Origin: Felis catus
Lineage: Eukaryota
Direction: 5' to 3'
Length of the DNA: 64,000 nt
Assembly (NCBI RefSeq): GCF_018350175.1
Contig: NC_058368.1
Location: 209,128,001-209,192,000, forward strand
Positions 51,928-64,000 of the stretch are shown here, piece by piece. The notes under the pieces were generated by a model that did not search any database, was not told where the DNA came from, and saw nothing but the letters and a program-made list of their open reading frames with translations. Positions within the stretch are counted from its first letter, which is position 1, and each line of letters begins with the position of its first letter. A program made the position numbers and the translations under genes.

Positions 51928-54864
51928 TTGGGGAGCCTGGATGGCTCAGTCGGTTAAGCATCTGACTTCGGCTTAGGTCATGACCTCACTGCTTGTGGGT
52001 TCCAGCCCTGTGTCTGGTTCTATGCTGACAGCTCAGAGCCCGGAGCCTGCTTCAGATTCTGTGTTACCCTCTCTCTGCCCTTCCCCCACTCATGCTCTGT
52101 CTCTGTCTCTCTCTCTCAAAAATAAACATTAACAAAATTTTTTAATTAAAAAATAAATAAAATAAAAACTAAATCCTATTAAAATTAAAAGTAAAGGGAC
52201 AGGGAAAATTGATTAGCCATATGGAGGAGAAAATAAAATTGGATTACAACTTCACATTACTCACAAAAAGCATTCTGGATTGATTAAAGACATAAATGTT
52301 AAATACAAAACTTGAGAACTTCAAGAAAAACATAGGAAGTTTTCTTTATGATCTCAGAGCAAAGACTCATTTCTTTTTTCTTTTTTTTAAGTTTATTTAT
52401 TTACTTTGGGGGAGAGAGAGTGCGTGTGCAGGAGCACGAGAAGGAGAGGGGCAGAGAGAGAAAGGGAGAGAAAATCCCAAGCAGGCTCCATGCTCAGCAG
52501 CTCAGCACAGAGCCTGACACAGGGCTTGATCCCACAACCGCAAGATCATGACCTGAGGGGACATCAAGAGTCCGACGCTCAACCAACTGAGCCACACAGG
52601 CACCAAAGGACTCCTTTCTTAAGCAAAACACAAAAACACAGAAGAAAAGATTAATAAACTAGAATACATTAAAATGTGAAACTTGTGTTTATTTAAAAAA
52701 CACCATTAAAAAATAAAAAAATTATAATAAACCATCAAGCAACCCAGTATAAAATCTGACAGAAGATACAGTTCTTTTTATATCTTCAGAAGAAAAAATA
52801 TCTCTCCAAAAAACTTTTAAAATGATGCCCAACTACACTAGTAACCAGCAAAGTGCAAACGAACATCATAAGGCTATTACTTCACAATAATCAGATTGGC
52901 AAAAATGAAAATGTGTAACAATAACGGGTGTTGGCAAGGATGTGGAACAACAGGAATTCTTACACTCTGCTGGTGGTAATGTAAATGGGTACAAACTCTT
53001 CAGAAAATAATTAAGCCAAATAGAGTAAAAGTAAGTATGTACTTAAAGACCTAACAAGTCTACTACTAGATACATACTGTAAAGAAACTTTTGCACATAT
53101 AAAACAGAGGATGGCTACAAGGCAGTAAAAACATAAAAAATATGTCATAATAATACAGAAAAACAGCAACCTAAACTGACTAGACAATGGAAAAAATTAT
53201 AGTGTATTTCTAAAAAGAAAACCAAACTGCACTGAAAATAAACTATAACCTCACTTGTGAACATGAGTGAATCTCAAAAACATCTTGGATTAAAAAAAAA
53301 AAAACAACAACACCACCAAAGTGAAAAAAAATCCAAGACAGCATTAACAGCATCAATATAAAATAAGAAATCATGAGGCCCCTGGCCTCAGTCAGTTGAG
53401 TATCTGACTCTTTATTTCAGCTCAGGTCATGATCCCACGGTTTGTGGGATCGAGCCCCAAGTCAGGGCCCTGACAGTGCAACGTCTTCTTGGGATTCTCT
53501 CTCTCCCTCTCTGCCCCTCCCCAACTCAACACTCACTCACACACATGCACTCTAAATAAATAAGTAATTTTAAGTAAGAAATCATACAAAACAACATACT
53601 GTTTAGGAATACACTTATACCTAATAAACTATTTAGAAAAAAAGGAAGTAAGGGTAAACAAAGTGAAGATTTCCCCTGTGCAAGAGAGAGAAATATGAGC
53701 AGAGAGGACTTCAAAGACACTAGTAAAGCTCTATACTGTCTCCCAAGCTAGGTGTTCACTTCATCATTCTCTCTACTTTAAATGTAGGATATACAGAGCT
53801 TTATATGTATAATATACTTCATAACAAAAATTTTTTAATTAAAGGGAAAAACAACCCTGACTTTACAGTGTCCATAATCTTATGAAAGAACACACAGCAG
53901 AAACAGTTTACATAATAGCGTATAATATGCTAAGTGCTATACTAGAAAGGTTGTAAAATATGCAAAACAATATTATGTATGTCTTAGGGATACAAAGATA
54001 TACAATAACATTATAAAGAGATACATAAAAAAATTTTAAATTTAGAAGATTGGTTACTTCTGCCAAGAAGGGAGGGGGTGGCAATGGAAGGCAGTTCTGA
54101 GAAGTGTTCACCATAACAGTAAAAGTTTACTTCTTAAGTTGTCTAGTGGATACTGTCCTTTATCAACTTTTTGAAAGTCTTAAATACTTCATAATAATTT
54201 CTCACTTATAATTTAAAGTAATTTTTATTAAATCTAGAAAAAAAGAGAATAGCATAATAATCTCATATCTGAGGGACAATAACTGCCTAAGAAATATATC
54301 TTAGAGAGCCTACCTAAGTGGCTCAGTCAGTTAATTGTCAGACTTTCGCTCAGGTAATGATCTCACGGTCCATAAGTACAAGCCCCATGTCGGGCTCTGT
54401 GCTGACAGTGCAGAGCCTGGAGCCCGCTTCTGATTCTGTGTCTCCCTCTCTCTTGACCCTCCCCTCCCTGCTCGTGCTCTTTCTCTCTCTCTCAAAAATA
54501 AATAAACATTAAAAAAAACTAGAAACGTATCTTGAATAAAATATGCTCAAACACATGAAAACAATGTTTGTACAATGAAATGTGATATAACTGAGATTCT
54601 TTAAAAGCTAGAGAATGTTGGGGCGCCTGGGTGGCTCAGTGGGTTAAGCGTCCGACTTCGGCTCGGGTCACGATCTCACGGTCCGTGGGTTCGAGCCCCA
54701 CGTCGGGCTCTGTGCTGACAGTTCAGAGCCTGGAGCCTGTTTCAGATTCTGTGTCTCCCTCTTTCTCTGACCCTCCCCTGTTCGTGCTCTCTCTCTGTCT
54801 CAAAAATAAATAAATGTTAAAAAAAAATTTTTTTTAAAATAAAATTAAATAAAATAAATAAATA
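51928..54864. mobile_element. CanSINEs (+ 51928, - 52380-52605, + 53376, + 54305, + 54620) within degraded L1M sequence
   Basis: SINE heads; TSD aaaagctagagaatg at 54603-54617 / 54865-54879; L1 motif gtgttggcaaggatgtggaacaacaggaattct at ~52928. Confidence 0.83.
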
Positions 54865-55036
54865 AAAAGCTAGAGAATGAGAAAAAATATCAAATCCAAC
54901 AAGTTTATCAATATAAATTATGAGGTCCAAATTCAAGTGGAGACAGAAATGATCAGATTTATTTTTTTAAAAAAAATACGTAAAAATCGCAAGAAAAACT
55001 GCATAGCCTTATAGCAATTAAAATTATGCAGAAATT

Positions 55037-55274
55037 CGGGGCGCCTGGGTGGCGCAGTCGGTTAAGCGTCCGACTTCAGCCAGGTCATGATCTCGCGGTC
55101 CGTGAGTTCGAGCCCCGCGTCGGGCTCTGGGCTGATGGCTCAGAGCCTGGAGCCTGTTTCCGATTCTGTGTCTCCCTCTCTCTCTGCCCCTCCCCCGTTC
55201 ATGCTCTGTCTCTCTCTGTCCCAAAAATAAATAAACGTTGAAAAAAAAAAATTTTTTTTTAAATTAAAAAAAAA
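55037..55274 (+). mobile_element. Young SINEC_Fc-type CanSINE
   Basis: Near-consensus copy; perfect 17-bp TSD aaaattatgcagaaatt at 55020-55036 / 55275-55291. Confidence 0.95.
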
Positions 55275-55589
55275 AAAATTATGCAGAAATTATACAACTT
55301 CGAGTTGCCTCATTGAAGAAAAAAGTCATTTAACAGTTTCCTCCCACCTATATGTTCTAGCATTTTGTCCTAGTACGTGAAAACCATTATCAAAAGGGCC
55401 TTTAAAAGTCCTTAACTAATGTTGGGGCGCCTGGGTAGCTCAGTCAGTTAAGCATCCAACTGCAGCTCAGGTCATGATCTTGAGGTTTGTAAGTTCAAGC
55501 CCTGCATCAGGCTCTGTGCTGACCACTCAGAGCCTAGAGCCTGCTTTGGATTCTGTGTCTCCCTTGCTCTCTGCACCTCCCTGCTCATG

Positions 55590-55620
<31 letters not shown>

Positions 55621-55791
55621 GCAAATAAACATTAAAAAAAACATTTTTAAAAGTCCTTAACTAATGTGTACTTTCTCATTTATCTAAAAATGTATATTTG
55701 TTTACAAAATTTCAAGAGAATTCTTTTTAATTATGGGCTTTCTCTTCCCTAGGAAAAAGGTCACCCTGTCCCTTCTCAGAACCAGTAGAGA

Positions 55792-55810
55792 CTGCTCCCC
55801 CTAGCGCCAA
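55792..55810 (-). promoter_or_regulatory. Candidate CTCF motif
   Basis: Minus strand TTGGCGCTAGGGGGAGCAG versus consensus TGGCCACCAGGGGGCGCTA. Motif match only. Confidence 0.35.
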
Positions 55811-56115
55811 CGCATAGTCATTGTGGTGACTGACAAAAGAAGCTGTCACTTGCTTTATATTTCTGAGAAAACTAAAATCTGATAGTGTTTACTTGCTGAC
55901 CTCTAATTAGAACTGAAGATCTTTAATTTAAAAAAAAACTGAAGATATTTTAAAAAAATTTCTTAGAACAAAATCTCTATCCTCTTTTTTCCTTTGCAAT
56001 GACTACCAGTTTCAATTATCTAAGATAATCAATTATCTAGATTCAATTTAATCTGAGATTAAACACCTAAATGGGAGCGATAATTTAATAGAATCCTTTT
56101 GAGAAAATCAAGCAC

Positions 56116-56236
56116 CTGGAAGATGATTTAGAGCAATCTCTGACCACATTTGAGCCTGAAGATGTTGGTTCAATATCTTCATTTTGCCTTCTTAATTCTT
56201 TCTCTCTGTTCATTTCTTCCTCTTTTTCTCTTGCTT
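56116..56236 (-). CDS. WDR70: WDR70 coding exon (probably exon 4), 121 nt, phase 1 to 2
   Basis: Acceptor tttaatcttttcag|AAGCAAGA; donor TCCAG|gtgctt. Encodes (E)AREKEEEMNREKELRRQNEDIEPTSSGSNVVRDCSKSSS(R). Not in the ORF track. Confidence 0.95.
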
Positions 56237-58149
56237 CTGAAAAGATTAAAAAATTTTCCAACAGTTACTCTTCAAAATTTTTCACTATTAATAAAGGCTA
56301 AAAATTAACATAGTCACAGAGATGTAACTTAGAGTGGTCCCAGTAACAGCAAAAAATTATCAACCTACATGTCTAACAATGGGAAAATAACTATTGTAAA
56401 CCACGATAATATAAAATACAGTCAATAAAATTAGTGATGGAAAATGTACAAATCTGGGAAAAATAGTAACAGATGCACTAAGCAAAATTAGCATGTGAAT
56501 AGCATATGAACCACAATGTACTATCTAAAAAGATATGGGAGGAGTCTGGCTGGCTCAGTCAGTGGAACATGTAATTCTTGATCTCGGGGTTGTGTGTTTG
56601 AGCCCCACATTGGATGCAGAGATTGTTTAAAAATAAAGTCTTTAAATCAATTAAGTAATTATTAATTAATAAAAATAAAATAAAAAGATGTGGAAGGTTG
56701 TAAGTAAAAAAGTATCTAAAAGTAAGATCTTAGGTAATTTTACTTTTCATTTTCAATGTTGTACACTATAAACAGAATTTTGTTCATTCCTAGGTCACCT
56801 GGGTGGCTCAGTCAGTTAAGCGTCCAACTTTGGCTCAGGTCATGATCTCATGGTTCACAAGTTCAAGCCCTGTGTCGGGCTCTGTGTAAAAAAAACATTT
56901 TGTTCATTTCTGAATTTCCCACACTGGATTTGTGGTCAAGGACTTCCCACAAAAACCATGAGAAAATTTCAGATTTCTAGAGTTATTTACCTTGGAAAGA
57001 CAAAAACAAATATCCAAAGAAATTAAATCTTTTTCCTCTGATAATCTCACTCTACAATTGAGGGACACATAGGAAGGAAATTAATTATATGAACAGTCTG
57101 GTTCTTAACTACCATGATCCTCAATAACTTAAGATAATCTTTAACATTTTTCCTTAATGATGAAAAAACAATACACCCAAACTTAGGCACTATTAAAGGG
57201 TACTTATTAATTGGAATGTTGTACTCTTTAGGGTCTTTTGTTGCTAGGACCTGGATGATGAGAAACAAGGAGATAACAAGCAAGTGTCAACAAGTAACTA
57301 GATATCCTCTGAATTCAAACAAGGAAGATTAAACTCTGCAGGAAGAGGTAAGGCAAATACATACTACAGCCCTAGCTCGTGTTCATATTTTTTGTGCTCA
57401 CCACTGGGCTAAGGCGACTTAGAAGTTGACAATTCTGCACTCTGATGCTGAGGTTGAAAAAAATAAAAAAAAGAGGAAGATAATGTCCTGTAAGAGCTGC
57501 CCCGGGGCACCTGGGTGGCTCACTCAGTCAAGTGTCCCATGTCAGTTCAGGTCATGATCTAACGGTGGGCAGGTTCAAGCCCCTTGTTGGGCTCTGTGCT
57601 AACCAGCTCAGAGCCTGGAGCCTGCTTTGGATTCTGTGTCTCCCCCTCTCTCTCTGCCCCTCCCTGCTCATGCCTATATCTCTCTCCTTCAAAAATAAAC
57701 ATTAAAAAACAATTTTTTTTTAAAGAGTTGCCCTGCTTGGCTCCTACCCTCATCCTGCTTCTCCAGTCAATCCCTCTGTACTCTACAGGGTGGGAGGAGA
57801 GGGGTTCGGGGGTGAAAAACACTTGGACATTTGATCCTAGGCTCAGGTCTTGGGCAGTTCTGACCTTACTCAGTAAACAGTACCTCGGCATACATTATTA
57901 GCTATCCAACAGCCATTTCTCCCTTTTTCCCTTGCTCCGAAAACCACAATTTTCTCCCGATAAGAGCAAGTGCTTCAGCAGATCCTGGGCCCCTCCCCAC
58001 CCAGAAAGGGTTAAAACCTGATTCCAACTCAACTTTATCACTCTTGTCAGTGGCTGTTTTTTGGAACTGATGTGCCACACTAATACTAGTCAATTAAGAT
58101 CTGAGGAGAAGTCAGCTGGAAGAAAACTTGAGAAAGGTTTTCTTACTTC

Positions 58150-60759
58150 TTTTATTTATTTTGAGAGAGAGAAGAAGAGAGAATCCCAAGCAGGCTCCAC
58201 TCAATCCCATGACCTTGAGGATCATGACCTGAGTTGAAATCAAGAGTCAGTTTAACCAACTGAGCCACCCAGGCACCCCTTACTTTTAAAACATATATCA
58301 AACAGTATCCTTTCAGCCTGTGGAGGTGGTCATCTGCATGTAACAAAATTTCACTTACAATTTTAGGTCATGAGAATATACCCAGCTTGGGACAAGCCAA
58401 TACCCTACAACTGGCAAAGCAGAAAAAGAGGGAAAAACTTAATATTCTTCAGATCAGGACTCAGAAGATGGAAGAGCCCCATTCCAGAGTTATTGTCATG
58501 TGCAACAGTACATTTTTCTTAGTTGTGCCATTTTTATTTTTTATTTAAAAAATTTTTCTTAATGTTTATTATTTATTTTTAAGAGAGAGAGAGAAAGACA
58601 GAGCATGAGCAGGGGAGGGGCGGAGAGAGAGGCAGACACAGAATCCAAAGCAGCCAGCACAGAGCCTGACGCGGGGCTTGAACTAAGGAGCTGCGAGATC
58701 ATGACCTGAGCCAAAGTCAGACACTTAACCATCTGAGCCACCCAGGAGCCCCTTGAGCCATTTTTAATTAGGTCTTCTAGGACTTCTTTGCAAGTAACAA
58801 AAAGTATCTTAATAGCAACCTTAATTTAACAAAAATTAGAGCAGCTAATACTTAACATGGAGCTAACTATGTATGAGGTATTGTTTTAAGCACTGCCTAT
58901 AAATTAACTCTTTTAATCATCACAACAACCTCTGAAGTAGATATTATTTTTTTAGCTTTATTGAGGTATAGGTGACAAATAAAATTATAAAAGATTTAAA
59001 ATGTACAATGTGATATAATATACATACACATTATGAGAGGATTCCCTCCATGGAGTGAATGAGCATATCCATCATCTCACATATCTACCTTTTTTTTTTT
59101 TAACTGAGAACATTTAAGTTTTACTCTCCTAACCATCTCAATTACACAATACACTTGAAGTAGGTACTATTATTCTCACTCTACATTTGAGAAATCTATG
59201 CCATTGAAAAGTCAAGTAACAAAGCTATCAAGTCCCAAAACAGTGAATTGAGGCTCCAAAACTGGATCTTTCTGAGATGTGACCAGACTTTCTTAAGAGA
59301 CTAAAATTATCCAATGAGCACCACCCACCTTAAGTAACAATTTGCCTGCCTTTCTCTCCAAGAGGCAATAAAGCCCAGCCCTTCACTGCATGCTTGTGGC
59401 CAGACTATCCGGAAACTGGCCCACCCACCTGTTCAACTAGAGTTCCTCAGCAGAGGATAACTACTCCAAACTACTTGTCCCTAGTGAAGCATCCAATTTT
59501 TTAATTTAAAATTTTAATTTTTTAACACTAGAAAGGATCTTCTTTTTTTATTCATTTTTTATTTTTTTTAATTTTTTAAAATGTTTTTATTTATTTTTGA
59601 GACAGAGAGAGACAGCATGAGCAGGGGAGGGGCAGAGAGGGAGACACAGAATCTGAAGCAGGCTCCAGGCTCTGAGCTGTCAGCACAGAGCCCGACACGG
59701 GGCTCAAACTCAGAGTGTGAGATCGTGACCTGAGCTGAAGTGGGACGCTTAATTGACTGAGCCACCCAGGAGCCCCAACACTAGAAAGGATTTTCTAATC
59801 AGAGAGGTTCTTGCCATCACCTGATGCTTCATTAAAGCAAAGGATAAAGATAAAAGGGGGATTAAGACATTTTAGAGGAAAAAAATTTTTCTTCCTCATT
59901 GTTAACTGAGGACAAAAACCAAAACCAAACAGAATTCAGTTGTCTATAACTCCCTGACAGAGGGTATCATTTCATGCACTTTGACCCAATGTGGAACCAA
60001 GCACACTGTAAGCACTGTAAAAATGCTCTGTATCTTCCCTCAACCAAAATGAATTAATCTACTACCCAACACTTAATTTTATACTTCCAAGCACCTCATT
60101 TTATTGTTCTCTGCCTTCAGTTACCAACTATGGACAGCCATTTCTGCAAAAGCCCCTCCAAATGTATGCAATTTTTGTCTAGATTAGCAGCAAACTATCC
60201 AAAACCTCCATGTCCCATCTGGGCTGATTCACACAAACTGCAGACTCAAAAGAATGTAATTCAGCAGCTGAAAATCTCAGAGCCAATCATTATAGCAACC
60301 ACTTAACTTGAAGAAATGAAACTTAAGATAAAATATAAAAGAAATAAAGGGGTGCTTGGGTGGTGCAGATGGTAAGTGCCCAACTCTTGATCTCCATGAT
60401 CTCAAGTCTGTGAGTTCAAGCCCTGCATCAGGCTCTGCACTGATGGCATGGAGCCTGCTTGGGATTCTGTCTCTCCTTCTGACCCTTCCCAACTTGTGTT
60501 CTCTGTTTCTCTCTCAAAATAAATAAACTTAAAAAAAAAGTAAAAGAAATAAAATTACCATAAATAATAGCTAAAATAAATGTTCTCTAATCATGATACT
60601 CTTTTTACCCACGGGACTTAAATCTTGCTAAATGTTTTTGTTATTCTACTTTAAAATAATTCATTACCCTACAAATTTCATATAAATTTACATTGAATTT
60701 AATTTTTTTTTAATGTTTATTTATTTTTGAGAGAGAGAGAGCACAAACAAGGGAGGGGC

Positions 60760-60822
<63 letters not shown>

Positions 60823-61945
60823 CACAGAGGATCCAAAGTGGGCTCCGTGCTGTCAGCAGTGAATCCTGATGTGGGGCTCAAACTCAGGAACGATGAGATC
60901 ATGACCTGAGCCAAAGTCGGATGCTCAACTGACTGAGTCACTCAGGTGCCCGTAATTTTAAATATTTATTGCCAAAATACCAGGAAGTAAAGAATAAGAA
61001 CATTTTAACTACATTTATGATGTATCTCCATTAAATATGTAGGGATATAACCATTATGTACCCAGCTCTGTTAGGCACTGCAAAAGTGAAGAACAAAGTT
61101 CTTATCCTTAATATGTGAACAATAATAGGATAAAATCTATAGTATTTTTTAAAGTGTCATGGAAACAAAGCCATTATATCCAAACAGGCTTTTAAAGAAC
61201 ACCTAGTGAGGTGCCTGAGTGGCTCAGTTGTCTGAGCATCCGACTTCAGCTCAGGTCATGATCTCACAGTTCGTGGGTTCGAGCCCCACATTGGGCTCTG
61301 TGCTGACAGCTCAGAGCCTGGAGCCTGCTTCAGATTCTGTGTCTCCCTCTCTCTCTGCCCCTCCCCTGCTCACGCTCTGTCTCTCCCTCTCTCTCAAAAA
61401 TAAACAAACATTAAAAAAAAAAAAAAGAAAAGAACACCTAACAAAAGTAAAATATGAGGCCTTAAATGATGAGGTAGTATTCAACCAGGTAGAGAGACCA
61501 TTTCAAGTACACCGGAGGGGGGAAAAAAAAAACCTTTAAGCTTTTCTAATTTCTAAAATGTACGGGACAGATTTTCTTTTCAGGATCATTAAATCATCTA
61601 TTGAAATCATTTTCAAATTCTTTCATTTTTTTTTCATTTTTTCCAGTTACATAACTGAGAAAGTTCATAAATCCATCTAAAACATAGGCACAACCAAAAT
61701 AAGCATTTGAATTAAAAAAAATTGGGGGGGGGGGGGCGCCTAGGTGGCTCAGTCGGTTGAGCATCCAATTCTTGATTTCAGCCCAGGCCCTGATCCCAGG
61801 GTCGTGGGATCAAGCCCTGCATCAGGCTCCTTGCTAAATGTGGAGCCTGCTTAAGATTCTCTCTCCCTCCCTGTGCCCCTGTCCCCAGCTCACAATCTCT
61901 CTCCCTCTCTAAAAAAAAAATAAAATAAATAAATAAATTTTTAAA
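58150..61945. mobile_element. CanSINEs (- 58150-58279, - 58540-58752, - 59540-59776, + 60348-60540, - 60705-60951, + 61209-61430, + 61733-61945) and an L1MA-type 3' end (-, ~58948-59155) inside a MIR
   Basis: SINE sequence read directly; TSD aacactagaaaggat at 59524-59538 / 59777-59791. Confidence 0.85.
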
Positions 61946-62553
61946 AAGAAATCTTTCCTCCCCACTTATGTCCTCATAGTATTACAGTCCTAAAAAAGGA
62001 CCTTTTATATGACTTAAACAAACTTAGAGCTTTCAAAAAATTTAAAAACTTAAAAAAAAAATTGCACCACTACTATTTCCTGACATTTTAAATAATGCAT
62101 ACTTTATTGAGGTTTTATAGTAATTCATCCTTTCTACTAGGGCATTTACCAACCAAAACAGTTCATATTCATATATACAAACTCGCTATTAAAAGGGACC
62201 AAAGTTTTTATTCTCCTCAAGTTTCCTGTCAATGCTCACAGACTCCAATCCAAGCACAAGATAAATTATGCCCATATCAGGTTTTGAACTTTCAAGAAAA
62301 ATAAGTCAAACTTTGGATTCATGTGTTGAGATCAGCAGTCTGAGGATATAATACTATATCCAAGTCCAACAATACTAAATCAAGGAAGTTTAACACATTT
62401 AATTCATCCACAAACATCACAGAAGAACTTGGTCCTGAGATAACGTTTCAAATTTTAAAAACGTAGTAACTCTTCACTGTAAGTCCTCTCAGGTGCTAAA
62501 CGCATATGTGCTTTTACTAAGAAAAACTCTAGCAATTAAAAGTGATATTTTTA

Positions 62554-63253
62554 GGGTGCCTGGGTGGCTCAGTCTGTTAAGCATCTAACTGCAGCTCAGT
62601 TATGATCTCATGGTTCGTGGGTTCCAGTCCTGCACTGGGCTCCACGCTGACAACTCAGAGACTGGAGCCTGCTTTGGATTCTGGGTCTCCCTCTCTCTAC
62701 CCCTCCCCTACTTGTGTTCTCTAAATAAATAAATAAATAATGAATAAACAAATAATAAAAAATAAAAGTGAGGGGCGCCTGGGTGGCGCAGTCGGTTAAG
62801 CGTCTGACTTCAGCCAGGTCACGATCTCGTGGTCCGTGAGTTCGAGCCCCGCGTCGGGCTCTGGGCTGATGGCTCAGAGCCTGGAGCCTGTTTCCGATTC
62901 CATGTCTCCCTCTCTCTCTGCCCCTCCCCCCGTTCATGCTCTGTCTCTCTCTGTCCCAAAAATAAATAAACGTTCAAAAAAAGAAAATTTAAAAAAAAAT
63001 AAAAGTGACATTTTTCAAGTACTTAACTGTTTAAAAAGTACTATGCCCGGGGCACCTGGGCGGCTCAGTCAGTTAAGCATCTGACTCTTGATTTAGGCTC
63101 AGGTCACCATCTCAGAGTTTGTGAGAGCGCGCTTCATGTGGGGCTCTGTGCTGACAGCACACAGCCTGCTTGGGATTCTCTCTCTCCCTCTCTCTGTATC
63201 TCCCTCACTAGCATGCATGTGCTCACTCTCTCTCTCTCTCAAAATAAACTTAA

Positions 63254-63288
<35 letters not shown>

Positions 63289-63290
63289 AT
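62554..63290 (+). mobile_element. Three CanSINEs: older 62554-62756, young SINEC_Fc-type 62772-62993, and 63049-63290 with an (AAAT)n tail
   Basis: TSDs aaaaaataaaagtga (62757-62771 / 62994-63008) and agtactatgc (63037-63046 / 63291-63300). Confidence 0.92.
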
Positions 63291-63837
63291 AGTACTATGC
63301 TCAACATCTTAATCCTTTCAAGAACCCTCTAAGGAAGACCTTATTATCACTTCCACCTAACAAAGAAATTAAGGCTCTAAATTTGAAAACTCATCCAACA
63401 TCATCTCTAACCTGATGTGTGGCTGACCCTCAAACCTAGGTCCTCCAACTCCAAATCCCAAGCTCTGTATCCATACAAAGGATTTTAAAACATTCTCCAA
63501 AGAAGGAGCGTTTTTCAAAAGGCAGTATTACAGTTCCAAATTCAATTTAACCTTCTCAAGTATATATTGAGAACTTATCCTGCAAGGCACGGTATAGGGA
63601 ACTATAGAACTTACTCAGGTGAATAAGGCAATCTCTGTGCCAAATGTTTCGTTATCACATGCTGAAAGAGGTAAATACAAGAATGCTATACTATAACAGT
63701 ATAAGCATTCACTAAAATGTTTAAAAATCAAGCGGTTAAAGCATTTGTAAATAGACCTCAAATACAAAATGTCTTTGTATCTTGTCTGATGATACCAAAT
63801 TATTTAATATTTTTAAGTATGCTAAGGTAAGAGGATC

Positions 63838-64000
63838 GGGGGGCACCTGGATGGCTCAGTTGGTTGGGCATCCGACTTTGGCTCAGGTCATGATCTCACA
63901 GTTCACAAGTTTGAGCCCTGCATCAGGCTGGCTGCTGTCAGCACAGAGCCCACTTCAGATCCTTCATCCCCCTCTGTCTCTGCCCCTCCACAACTTGTGC
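63838..64000 (+). mobile_element. CanSINE running off the window edge
   Basis: Head gggcacctggatggctcagttggttgggcatccgac. Confidence 0.88.

Larger units (their letters stand above)
49201..51930 (+). mobile_element. Old L1M fragments carrying CanSINEs (49201, 49475, 49894, 49995, 50096) and a young L1
   Basis: L1 motifs ctccaaagaagatatataaatggccaataagcacatg and aattccactcctaggtatatacc are split by inserts with TSDs. Confidence 0.85.
55423..57722 (+). mobile_element. CanSINEs flanking exon 4 (55423-55628, 56541-56690, 56791-56896, 57504-57722)
   Basis: SINE heads; TSDs aaaagtccttaactaatgt, attttgttcatt and aagag(c/t)tgccc. Confidence 0.86.
1..64000 (-). other. WDR70: WDR70 gene body (partial; internal exons ~4-7 and their introns)
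   Basis: Four minus-strand exons splice in frame to (E)AREKEEEMNREKELRRQNED...DDELIGPPLP...NPVQKIPDSHEITLKHGTKTVSALGLDPSGARLVTGGYDYDVKFWDFAGMDASFKAFRSLQPCE, matching recalled mammalian WDR70. Introns are 9795, 33983 and 3920 bp. No start or stop codon is in the window. Confidence 0.96.

Noticed and set aside
54305..55628. Regularly recurring near-identical repeats resembling a CRISPR or other array
   Set aside because: Units are ~200-bp SINEs with individual TSDs and irregular spacing in a mammalian intron, with no cas genes.
506..63084. Dozens of similar 60-140 aa ORFs (MAQSVKRLTSAQVMIS..., RERERE...) resembling a gene family
   Set aside because: They are translations of CanSINE copies and their CT/GA microsatellites, many opened at non-ATG codons.

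Overview
This is AT-rich mammalian genomic DNA from a cat-family genome, judged by abundant felid CanSINE (SINEC_Fc-type) copies and felid-type L1 3' ends. The whole window lies inside WDR70 on the minus strand. Four internal coding exons are present (56116-56236, 46122-46320, 12079-12138, 8025-8158; probably exons 4-7). All have AG/GT boundaries and compatible phases, and they splice into one open frame running from the acidic N-terminal region into the first WD40 repeat. The rest is intron: roughly 75 tRNA-derived SINEs (manual tally), young and old L1 fragments, L2/MIR, MaLR LTRs, hAT/Tigger fossils and microsatellites. Apart from the exon 5 ORF and the L1 ORF2 remnants, the ORF track appears to be noise. 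I found no convincing new gene or system. The best leads are small-scale: recent, possibly polymorphic insertions with perfect TSDs, re-used insertion sites, fold-back SINE pairs, a doubled acidic-GPxxP peptide motif, splice-site oddities and several candidate regulatory elements. Repeat family names and the human comparison come from recalled sequences; repeat boundaries without a TSD are approximate.
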